From the NCBI RefSeq assembly GCF_036321535.1, contig NC_087437.1:64668001-64732000 (forward strand): a stretch of DNA of 64,000 bases, written 5' to 3'. Every line of letters starts with the position of its first letter. Positions within the stretch are counted from its first letter, which is position 1. The notes below the pieces were generated by a model. That model had not been told where the DNA came from. It saw only the letters and a list, made by a program, of their open reading frames with translations, and searched no databases. Of this stretch, positions 25,811 to 36,830 are shown in pieces. Both the position numbers and the translations under genes were made by a program. The DNA is from Camelus dromedarius (taxonomy: Eukaryota).

Positions 25811-27085
25811 AACATAACCAGCTAGATTCCCTGTTGAACACAGACCCGTAAATGAGGAAGGCATACATGTAGAGCTTAACTCCTATGCCTCTGGATGTGT
25901 TCAAAATCCCGCTCTTCAACAACAATTCACTGAAAAGGAGCTCTGCTTTATTTCTAACTTCCACATATCAATAATACGTAACTCATTACACCGAAAGTTT
26001 GGAATCCCTGTGGAGTATATTAAAATATGAACAGCTTTCAGATTTTACAGAGCATGCAGTCTCTTGATACGCTAGCTACTCAGTTACTTGACAATATGCA
26101 GTGGGAACTGTTCTACAGCTCATCCCCCGTGTTCTCATCCTCATTCCCCGGGGAAAAGGGTTTATTTCACATCCCTCCTCTACAGCAGCTGGCAGCCCCT
26201 CACAGGTAAACAGCCACTGTCTGATTATCTCACAATGAATGACCAGAGCTCACAGAGCTGACCCAACTGCACTACTGTGAGACTCTGCCCTTATTCTCTT
26301 CCCAGTGATCCAGAAGGCCAGGAGCTACCATCATCCCAGCTGGGAGAAGCACCTTGTTTCCAGGGCAACGATGTTCCTTGTTCATGTCCCATGTAAAGAC
26401 TTTTTGATCTAAATATTTAGGCAGCTCTCATGCTAGCCCACAAATGCCTATTTAATCCTTCTAGAACTGAAATAGTATATTGCTCACCCTGAAATGTTTG
26501 CTGTGATAGGAAAGCGCAAGTCTGAGGAAGGAACTTTGAAAGTTTGTTTTGTGAATCAGAGTCAATTTTAAGTGTCAGGAGGAAAAAGCTAAATGTATGC
26601 TTATTCTGAGGATGGCAAAGTTCCTATATATATGCTATCTAGTCAATACTCTATTTTATAATTATGATGAAATCATATGTCAAATGTTTATAGCTGCTCA
26701 GCAGACCTACCAGAAAGAAAAATGATTAAGTTAGGGTAATTATGTGGCTTAGAGAAGTTGGAGAACCACTGATTTGCTTTCTATATTAGAAGCAAAGCTG
26801 GATTGCTCTAAAGGCTGACCACAACAAAACAAACCTGAAACATTAACTTGCTCTGAGCTTTTTTCAGTGATGAAACCTGAACAGCTTGATGTCTCCTGAC
26901 TGCAACTATTCTGACAAAGGATGGATTTTTTTTCTGGCTTCAAACTCTGATTTGCCCTGCTCTTGTATATGACATAGACTTCTGTATCTGCCTGCCAGGC
27001 AGCCTATTCTCACCAGCCTAACTGCCTTAATGAGTTAATAAGGGCCTGGCTGATGTCCTCGGGCTGAGATTTAAGTGATGATACT

Positions 27086-27293
27086 GGCCTAGTGCACTCT
27101 GGTTCTGCGTGTTGTGCCTACCCACACTCCCCGACAGTGAGAGTCCTTTGTCTGCCAAACCCAAAAGAATTCGGGAAAAGGACAGAGCAGGCCTAGTGCA
27201 CTCTGGCTCTGCCTGTTGTGCCTACCCATACTCCCCGACAGTGAGAGTCCTTTGTCTGCCAAACCCAAAAGAATTTGGGAAATGGACAGAGCA
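27086..27293. repeat. Tandem duplication, 2 x 104 bp with 5 mismatches
   Basis: Units 27086-27189 and 27190-27293, each GGCCTAGTGCACTCTGG...GGACAGAGCA. Confidence 0.95.
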
Positions 27294-29666
27294 ATTTTGA
27301 GCAGGAAAGCAACAATAACCATGGTGATTTTGGAAGATAAATCTGAGAGCAGAATGCAGGACAGGCTGGGGATGGGGGAAAAGTAGGGTAAAGGGAACAG
27401 AAATGGGTAGACATGAATATGGAAACCTCCTTTTAGGTGGTGTCACAACACTGCAGTTCAAGTGGGTTGTGCACAGGAAAGAGGACAGCTATAGGTCCCA
27501 AGAGAGAGGAATGAACATGTGAAAAATACTAGGAAGGAAAAATGGGCAAGACACACTGCCATGAGTTTTTCTGGGCAGGCTAGAACTCTAATCACCATTT
27601 GGAACACTGTTTCTATGGGAAAAGATCTTAGAGTTCAAAAAAATAGTTTTATAAATAAACCCTTGAAACCTGGCCAGTTTTTAAATTGGGAGGGGAACTC
27701 TATGGAAAGAAAAGTATCTATGTATCTGGTGGCCAAACTTCAGTGAGATGAGGCCACTCCTTGGTGATCTTCTGTCCTCCCATCAACATTCCAGCCCACT
27801 CTCAACAGCGGCTATTTGAAACTCTGTCTCAGCTGTTGACCTCAATTGGTTTTGTGACAGAAACAAGATTCCCTGCCTCTCCATCTGTTCTCTCATCTGC
27901 CCCTGCAGGCTCGGAAGAACACTCATCCTTCCTTCACTCAGAACTAGTGAACCCTTCCATTTGTGATGTAGGTTGCTGAGAGATGTACCAAAATTCTCAC
28001 AACCTCTAGATTCTTGCTTTCCACTGCCTTTTTCCTGCCAAACATTGTCTCCCCCCTCTTAAAAAATCTTTAAATTATAAAAGAAACACTTGCTCATTAC
28101 AGAAAATTTGGAAACTAAAAAAAAGGTATGAAGAAAAATAAAAGCATCCATAATCACACCACCTGGGGATAACAACTTAGTGTATCTCTCCCTGGACTTT
28201 CCTATGCTTAGACACAACATATACATTTCTCATAATCAGATAACATCATTATCTTGTTTATGTCACAAATACATTTCCAAAACATGAATTTAAAAATACT
28301 TTTCATAGCTGTATAATATCCAACAGATACAACTTGAATTCAATCATTCCTAATGGCTGGATTTATTTCTCATTTTTTACTACTGCAGAAAATGTTTCAA
28401 TGAACAGTTTTCTACATAAATCCTTAATGGCATTTCTGACTATTTTCTTATATGGAATCCTGGTAGTGGAAGGCTAAAGGATATAAGGGTTAAAGAACAT
28501 GAATCCTTTTAAGATTTTTAATATATATAGCAAACTTCTTTCCAGAAAGGCTGAATTGATTTATACTTCTACTGGTAGTTGATAAGTATTCTTGACTCAT
28601 TACACCATAATGGCACTGAGGGTCCACTGGACAAAAGATTCACTTGTTCTCAACAGCTCCAATAAATAAAATTCTATCTCCTTCTTTTCACAGCTCAAGT
28701 GACTGAATAAGTGGTATGTATTTACTACCTTCACCCCACCGCCAACATATTGGCTACAATGTTTCTTTCCCCACTCACTTTACTAAGATTGCTGTAAACT
28801 AGTGATTTCTTTCTAGTTGTATGAATGTTTTTTTGAATCATCATTAGCTCATTTGACTCTCCTCTTTCCATCTTTGTGACCATCTGACTCTACTGATCTC
28901 ATCCTTCTACAAGGACTCAGTCCCCCCTTACATTCCACCACCACATTCTCTTCCTTCATCTCTGACCTCTGTCACCTACCTTCTTTGGTATCCTCTGCCA
29001 CTTCCTATTGCTTACACTGTCAGGTCTCCAAGGTTTGGTCTTTGCCTCTGTTCCTCACTACTCTTAGGGAGGACTCTCCTGTTTTAATAATCAGCTCCAC
29101 ACTGATGGCTCCCATATATTTCCCTAACTTTACCAACCTTTGTCCTCAGGTCTTTGACTGAGGTCCCATCCTCACCTATAACTAGATGCCACCTCCCACT
29201 CAATAAGGCACCACCCTCTCTGCCAAACCAGTACCCCTTCCCAACTTTCTCAATTCTGACAATGGGACAACACTCCTTCAGTCCTCCATGCTCAAAAACT
29301 TCAGTCTTTAAGTCCTTTCTTAAATTACTCTAGGTCTCAAAGCCATACTAATTTCTTCAAAACACTTCCTAGATCTGTTCCTTTACTGTCATTTGCATCA
29401 TCACCTCACACATGGATTACTATAATATCTTCACAGGTAGTAGCTATTCCTGTTGTATGCAGCAACTATATTAATTTTCCAAAAACGTTTTTTTAATGAC
29501 TTCTGCTTGAAGGTTTCCTTTTTGTCCAAATTCATCTGGTTCAAACTCTCATAGTCACACTTTATCTCCCATTACCTCCTGAAATCCAAGGTAATCCTTT
29601 CTCCCCTCACACCCTCTCCAGACTCATTACTGTCCCTACGTTTGCTTCACTCCTCCACCCTGTTTC

Positions 29667-29752
29667 TTTTTTTAAAATATATTTTTATTGAAGTATAGTC
29701 AGTTTAGAATGTTGTGCCAACTTCTGGTGTACAGCACAATACTTCAGTCACA
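29667..29752 (-). mobile_element. Very short L1 3' tail insertion
   Basis: T-run then 'attgaagtatagtcagtttagaatgttgtgccaacttctggtgtacagcaca', the reverse complement of the L1 end at ~18200-18255. Confidence 0.75.
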
Positions 29753-32700
29753 TAGCATCCCTTCTGTTTCAACAGAGCCTTCAGTAGATACCCTAACCTA
29801 CATTACTTTCCTTATTCTGAATTTGTAAAGCCAGTGATATGCTGGCTCTTGGTAAGGGGTTGATGAGGAAAAGCCCTGATTTGTAGTGTTTGCCAATAAC
29901 CCTCACCATGGCAGATCTCAAGCTGCCAATGTAACATGACTGTGAAACTGGGAAGAGATATGCACAAAACCAGGAGGAACCAGCTCCATGACACCAGAGT
30001 AGCATTTAAAATCTGTGTTGCAATCTAGAACTTTATACTGTCTTGTATAAGCTCTCCAGGCATATTATATAGGTCTGTTTGTTCACTGCAATAAACTCTA
30101 GTCTTAGGAAGAGTGGCAGGCCACTCATTCTAGAGCTTTCATAGTGAACGGGGCACACAGCATATGCTTGATAAAAACCTGTTGGCAAGACTTGGAGGGA
30201 GTGATAAAGCAAAGCCAAAGACTATCATGAAATGGTAAAAATGGGCATGTACTCATTTAGGGCTAGTTAGTAAGAACAAACAAAAAGAGCAATGAAAGAG
30301 CAGAATGTAGTGGACATAAAATCAGAATGGGAGCCAGGAGGTATTCCCAGCTTTGTACTTGTGTGACCCTTAGCAAGCCAATTCTCTTCCTGATGACTTA
30401 AGACTCCTCATCTGTAAAATTAGGGTACTACGTGTCTTCTAACTTATCTCTAGATTCTAGTGCTCTGGGATGTGGGTTAAACTGACAAGGAGGCTGCCCA
30501 CGGTCTACTGCATTGGTTTAACAATAATCCAAATTCATGTTAAAACCTGCTAATAAGTCAAAGGCATTTAGGGCAGTAAGTCTTTTCTGAAGGTGTGAAG
30601 AAACATTCTTGTAACACCATTCCACTCCTTTGACCTATTCATTATTATACAGAAAGTAATTATTATTAAAACAATTATTTAAAAAATTATTAAAAATAAT
30701 CATTCCAAAAAGTTATCTATTACCTATCTATTATGAGCTGGTAAGGCTGATAAGGCTGAAGATTTAGTAAAAACAAAACACATCCAGTCCTTACCCTCAT
30801 GGAACCCACAGTAGTGTGGGTCAGTAGCCATTTAGTTCCAAATCATCACAAAGGTGCTTTTTAGTTTAGCACAGATTGCTCTGAGTAACAGATGCAAGCT
30901 ATGGACCCTCTCTTCCCCAAAAAGGCATATAATCATAAAAATCTGAATGTAATTTCAGGAGTTCATAGGATCTCTCATATGTGAAAGGGTCCAAGAACTG
31001 GAAGTTAACTCTGACCTACATCTACAAAACAGTAGACAAATTCAGTATCATAAAAGCCTATATTCTGTTTGCTAAAGGAGTATAGTAAAGATTTCCAACA
31101 GAAACAATTAAAAATAAGGGCCCATCATCTAAAGAATTAAGCCTTGGCTTTTTGAAATTTCAGTCACCTAGAGTATCTTCTTTCAAATAATATTCTGGAT
31201 AAGTGAGGTATGCCTAGATGATGTTTCTATCTGGTCTACTATTCCTTTGGTAAGGTTGCCAGTTAAATTAGTCTTCTTATTTAAAGCTATTTGCATATAA
31301 ATGTGTGCTTCCAATTCACAAGTAAATCTTCATTTTATTATTCTTCCATTTCACACCAAAGAGACCGAATTAGCCCTAACAAATACACGTACACACATAT
31401 CTGAACAAGCAGCTTGAACAAAGCAAAGAATACAAGTATCAGAGTTAGAGGGCACTGACTCACTTCCTGACTCAAACATTTTATGGTGAAGCCATCTGGG
31501 ACAAGTCATCTAACTCTCAGACCTATGTTTATTCATTTGTAAAATAAAGAGTGGATAATAAGACGTACCTAAAAGGGCTATTATGAGAATTCAATCAAGT
31601 AAAACAATGTTTGTGTCAAAGTGTTTAGCTATAAAATGGGCAAAACTGGGTGAAAGAGCAGATTGCTTGGAGATGCTCATAAAACATGAGACACTGAGAG
31701 ATCCTTTGGGAAGAGCTGCTCATATAATATCCTTAACGGATCTAACTGGAGTAAAATAAATTGTTCTTAAATTGCTCAGGGAACTTTGTTTTGATTGAGT
31801 GCCCAATAATAAAGTTCTTAAAGTTTGCAGCCAGACTTTGGAATCTTTACAATGCATAAATATATTCTCAAGGCAAGAAGATGAACTACTTACAAACAAG
31901 TCTTGGTTTCATAGTCAAAGTCCCTTTTACAGGCCTTTTTTTTTTTTTTAAACAACGCAATGATTCTTTCACTTACCTTGCTGGAAGGGTTAACAGGATG
32001 CATACAAAAGATTTTAGATGAATTAGTCCATCAAAGCTGAACAAATCAATGAAATCAATCTCTTTTAGTGGAGAGGGTATTTTTTTTAAGTAAGTAAACA
32101 ATATTTACTTGAGACATGAGACATGTTTTCTAGTCCATTCTCCATGCAAAATAAGCCACGTAAAGGGTAACTTTTTTTTTTACATTATTACATTTACATT
32201 TACAATGTACAGTTACATTATCTCAATAGCCAAGTTTGGGCGATTCTGCCTTTAAAATTTGAATTAAACAACTTTTTAGTAATTTGGTACTAAGGAATTG
32301 ATCATTACACCTTATCAAAGTTCATAAAGGTGACCAAAAGAGTAATTTGCTGGTGCCTAGAAAAGAGCCAAGAGGCGGATTTCTCTGCCCTACTAAGCAA
32401 AGGGTCTATTGGTTTCCCCCAAATGCAAATTAAGCTCTGATTCCAAATAGTTATTACACAAATGTCCCCTAGGAAAACAAACCGCAGCTCCTGTATTTAC
32501 GTAACACTTTCTTCCAAGATATTCAAAGCACCTTACTGTAGAATTATTTAAAAGAAATGTATCTCCCATTTTCAGAAAACAATTACTATTATTCTGTGAG
32601 ACCTTAAATCCCTTGCCCAATCAGATGCCAAATGGATAGGAAACCCTAGACTCGAGGTTTTCTCTGAGGGCAGGAATAAACTCTAGAGATGATGGGGGTG

Positions 32701-32999
32701 GGGAAGGAGTCCGGAGAAACTCAAGCCTCAAGTAGGCTATCGGACAGGAGAGGTTAGGTGGAAAGCTGAATGAATCAGGCAATGGAGTTCTCGGGATGGC
32801 AGGTGCATTAAGAATTGAGCTCAGACAGACTAGGGAGTAGGGAAAGTGACCGGGGAGTAAGGGCTGGTTAGGTTGGCGGGAGCTGGGTGGGTGAAGAACC
32901 AGGTGGGAGGGTCAGTCCTGGCTAGCCCCCAGTGTCTGCCTACCAGGTGCTCAGCCCTTGCTACTTCCCATTATTACTACCGGGAGGTAGGAATCCGAG

Positions 33000-33480
33000 C
33001 TACCTGAGGGAGTGCGTAATGGAACAGAGCAATTATCACGCAGGCCTGAGGAGGCTGCAGGATTCCTCCACCCCCAGAGGCCGAGCTGGCTTCCCGCCCG
33101 CCCCAGCCAGGCCCGCTTCTCACCAGCCGCCAGGCGCAGGCCGCGGAGGCTCCCCATGGCCGCCTACTCCGCCGACCAGCACTGGGCCCCAGGGGCGGCG
33201 GTGGCGCGTGTGCGTTCAATGTCACTGAGCGCCGCGAAGGGAAGGACGATAGTCGCACTGGGGGGGCGGGGCCTGTGGGGTGTGAGGGTGGAGCGAGCGG
33301 GTCGAGCGTGGCGCGGGGGGCGGGGCCTCCGGGGGCGTGCGTGACGCGCAGAACGTGTGGGTCGTGCGTGGCTCTCAGAAAGTGCGGGCAGCGTGCCCCG
33401 CCGGGCGCGGCCTTGCAACTTGGGCGCGTTCTTAAGGATGCCCTTCTGGAATGTGGGTGTCGTTGGCCTTTGCGATATTA
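33000..33480. promoter_or_regulatory. CpG island / FAM162A promoter with GC boxes and RCGTG motifs
   Basis: Dense CpG. GGGGCGGGGC at 33263-33272 and 33317-33326; several RCGTG between 33206 and 33395. Confidence 0.85.
33124..33157 (-). CDS. FAM162A: FAM162A coding exon 1 (mitochondrial protein HGTD-P); spliced CDS 468 nt, 155 aa
   Basis: GCGGCCATGG Kozak context, MGSLRGLRLAA(G), donor G|GTGAG. Exon lengths 34+123+109+109+93 = 468, in frame. Confidence 0.95.
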
Positions 33481-34099
33481 TTCTGTGCATTTGCATAAAG
33501 TACTCATTTAAAATAGAAGAAAGGTAATGTACATATTGTAGGACTTCTGTGAATTGTAGACCCTGAAATCATACTTTATAGATAAACCAGTATTTCAATA
33601 CACTGTTTTTCAGTGTTTCAAATAAATACGTGTATGCCTTTATTAAAACTATATACTTGGGTTCCTAGTAACCAGTTGCCTTCACTTCTTACTGGTTTGG
33701 GGAGTATTTCTACGGCTACCCGAAAAATTGACATATAACCTTCCTGTTTGGTCTTCTATTTGCCTATTAAAAAAAAAACAAAACTAAACATTATTTCCAC
33801 ACCTAAACACCCCTTTCAACCCTTATCCCACAGTGCTAGAAGTATTTTTTCTTGACATTTCTGGGTGGGCCCAAAACCTTAAAGAACAAAGAACCGTCTG
33901 CTTTAGGGACAGGATGGGAGGATTAAGAAAAGCTTCACTTTCTACTTTAGATTTCCTCCTCCAACGCCCTGGTTGGTGCGACCAGAAAATTATTTACCTT
34001 TCTGTAAGAAAGTGGAATTGAAGTAAAACGATCCCTTCAAATTCTGACATTCTTCGATCTGGGCCAGTTCCAGGAAGACATGTTAAAGGCATAGGTATG

Positions 34100-34640
34100 G
34101 AAAGAAGGATAGCAGCGCTACGAGTTTCGATGTGGGGGAGGAACAGGAGAAAAGACAAGCATTGAGCTCAGCTTTCCCGCTGAGATTCCCCTCAATATTT
34201 TTTGTTAGGCGGCACCGCGGGCACCTTTGCTCCGCGGTGATTGGCTCGCGGCGGGGGCCTCTTGCTTGTCCAATATGGCGGCGCCCAGTGGCGGTGTGAA
34301 CTGTGAGGAGTTCGCCGAGTTCCAGGTAATGGGGTTTTCCTCATGTGGCAGAGGTGCCCCTCCTTTTGCCCCCCGAACCGCGTTCCCTGCTCTGGCCTGG
34401 GAGGGAGTGCGGAGCAGCTGTGGCAGAAGCGGGCAATCCAAGACTCCTTTTTCGAGCCGTTGGAGGTCATGGGGGCGCAGGCTTGGCCTTAGGAAGCGAG
34501 GCTGCTCCGTTGGGGTCATGGTCTCCCTGCGCCTCCCTGCGCCTCCCGGGCCTTGAGTGACTGTACCCAGAAACTCTGGGTGGTTCCGCGGTGGTAAAGT
34601 CGACTTTGGGCGGGGTGGGTAGGGTTCGTAACAACCTTTT
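34100..34640. promoter_or_regulatory. CpG island / MIX23 promoter with CCAAT and YY1-like motifs
   Basis: Dense CpG. ATTGG at 34240-34244, CCAAT at 34270-34274, AATATGGCGGC at 34272-34282 overlapping the ATG. Confidence 0.85.
34275..34325 (+). CDS. MIX23: MIX23/CCDC58 coding exon 1; spliced CDS 435 nt, 144 aa mitochondrial intermembrane-space protein
   Basis: MAAPSGGVNCEEFAEFQ with donor CAG|GTAATG. Exon lengths 51+126+147+60+51 = 435. Confidence 0.96.
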
Positions 34641-35037
34641 AGCCATCCCCTGCACTCAGTTCTTAGCCTCTGCCATTCCCTTCATACTTTAAGTTAGCAT
34701 TTGTAGGAGAGGAAAAAAGTGAGGGAGAGTCTATTTACTTGGTTAAACAAACAAACAGACTTGGTACAAGTTTTACTATTTTGATGGGGCCTTGGAGGGA
34801 CAATTAATTCTAGTACCTGCTCTGGTACCCTCCTTCCTAACCATTAGAGAAAATGTAACATTTAAGAAAAAGGCTGTATCCTTTGTATATTCAAACACCA
34901 AGAGGCCTAGGGGGAGTTATTAACCCATGAATTAAAGAACAGGGGTCTGGATTTTGACCAAAGTTGTTTGTTTGTTCCAATGTAGGCATAAATGTGCTCC
35001 AGTCTAGATAAAGAGTTGAATTTAAAAATCACGATTT

Positions 35038-35174
35038 GGGGAGAGTATAGCTCAGTGGTAGAGCATATGCCTAGAATGCACGAAGTCCTGGGTTCAATCC
35101 CCAGTATCTTCATTAAAACAAACAAAGAAACAAACAAAATTAATTACCCCTCCTTCCCCTGCAAAAATAAAAAA
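35038..35174 (+). mobile_element. tRNA-derived SINE (Vic-1-like) with 15-bp TSD
   Basis: GGGGAGAGTATAGCTCAGTGGTAGAGC (A box)...GGGTTCAATCCCC (B box), then an A-rich tail. TSD TAAAAATCACGATTT (35023-35037) / TAAAAATCATGATTT (35175-35189). Confidence 0.92.
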
Positions 35175-36599
35175 TAAAAATCATGATTTTACAAACGTAT
35201 TTTTAACTAAAGATACTGAAAAATCACTTCACGTATCATTTACCTATCTGTAGTAAGCTTTGTGCTTTGAGTGGTTTTGTAGGGACGGATATTCTTGAAG
35301 ATAATCTCAACAGACTGAATTATTTGAGAAACATCATCTGGCCAAAGGAATTTAAGTGGGATCTTTACTTTATATGCACCTTCACCACATCAGCAGTGCA
35401 GATTAGATCATCAGCACAACAGCAGTGGATTTCAAGTGTGATCAAAGTACCCAAGAAATACAAATATTTGTAAAAAGCTTAGATGGAAAAAAGACTGTTG
35501 GATTCTAAAGTTTACAGAATATTTAAGGTTAACCGGTTCATTTGTATCCTTGGTCTTGTCACTTTAGTACTGTGATTTAACTTGAGTTAATGAGCTCAGA
35601 TAATTGAAGGATGATAGTCTTAAAGAAAGAATCCAGGTTAGGGAATTAGATGTTCTGGGTTTTAGTACTACTTCTGACATTAACAGCTTTGGGATCTTGA
35701 GCTAATCACTTATCCCCTTCCAGAATTAACTTTTGAATCTGTAAAATAAAGTTATGTTAAGTAACATTTGAAACAGCTTCCATCTCTTATAATATTTGAA
35801 TCTCTAAAACCAAATTTCAAAGGATCTCTTAGCTGTTGAAACATTCAACAGTGCTTAAAGGACACTTTGATTTTTCTTTTGAAGGTTAGATGAGACGTTG
35901 TTAGTGGGGCAAAAGCTAACCTGTCTTCCAGAACCATTTCATCTGCAGAGATAATGGAAATTAAAAGATCATAAAATGAGTCTCATTAGTGAAACCTGGA
36001 GAAGTTTTTAGATTGTTTATCTAGGAATTTTCCAAATGTGTAAGTTATAATGGCGAATACCCTGGGTTAAAAGTCAGAAGATCTGGTTTTCCAGAGCTGA
36101 CCTTGGCATATCATTTAACCTCATTGTAAATGAGTGTGACCGTATTTGCCCCTGCTGCCTTGGTGGCATAGAAATGTAAAAAAATATTTTAAAGTGTAAA
36201 ATTTTATATAACATTTAGGTTTAAATGAATTTTGTAAAATTATAAACTGTGGTTAACTGGCATACTCACAAATTATTAAGCAAAATCTGTATTTTTAGAG
36301 CTATGAAACCATTACATTTTATATATAAGTACCTAATATTTGAAAAGCACTGCACTGAATACTGTGGAAGAGAAACAGGAAATCATGTATTTTTTATTAT
36401 AAAGGTTTAGGTACATTTTTTCCAGTTTTATTAAGAAGATGTTCAAACACTATAGAAAAGTTGAAAGAATTTTACAATGAACACTCATGTACCCACTGTC
36501 TAGATTCTACAATCAGTGATTTGCTATTTTACTAAATCACATATGCATCCATCAATTTATCCCTCAAGCCACCTTTTTTTTTTTTCTCCCAAAGTAAGT

Positions 36600-36830
36600 T
36601 GCTACCTCATCATTATGTCCTCACATGACCTCTTTGTGCACAGAGGGAGAGAGACCTCTAGTATCTCTTCCTTTTACAAGGACAAAAATTCTATGGGATT
36701 AGGGTCCCACCCTTATGACCTCGTCTAATCTTAATTACCTCCCTAAAGGCCTTATCTCCAAATATAGTCACATTGGGTGTTAGGGCTTCAACATACGAAT
36801 TTTGAGGGGGACACAATTCAGTCCATAACA
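36600..36830. mobile_element. MaLR (MLT1-like) LTR fragment
   Basis: 'gtcctcacatg...agggcttcaacatacgaattttgagggggacacaattcagtccataaca' is a typical MLT1 end. Confidence 0.75.

Noticed and set aside
27086..27293. CRISPR-like array or repeat-protein gene
   Set aside because: Only two adjacent units with no spacers, in a mammalian intron; the ORFs are incidental.
32932..34655. Many overlapping Arg/Pro/Gly-rich ORFs
   Set aside because: Expected in GC-rich CpG islands with few stop codons; only the two first exons are supported by homology and splice sites.
35038..35110. Possible tRNA gene
   Set aside because: It has A/B boxes but a degenerate acceptor stem, an A-rich tail, a TSD and two diverged sister copies, so it is a SINE.
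35531..35538. AACCGGTT (GRHL-type palindrome)
   Set aside because: A single 8-mer without supporting context; about one is plausible by chance in 64 kb.
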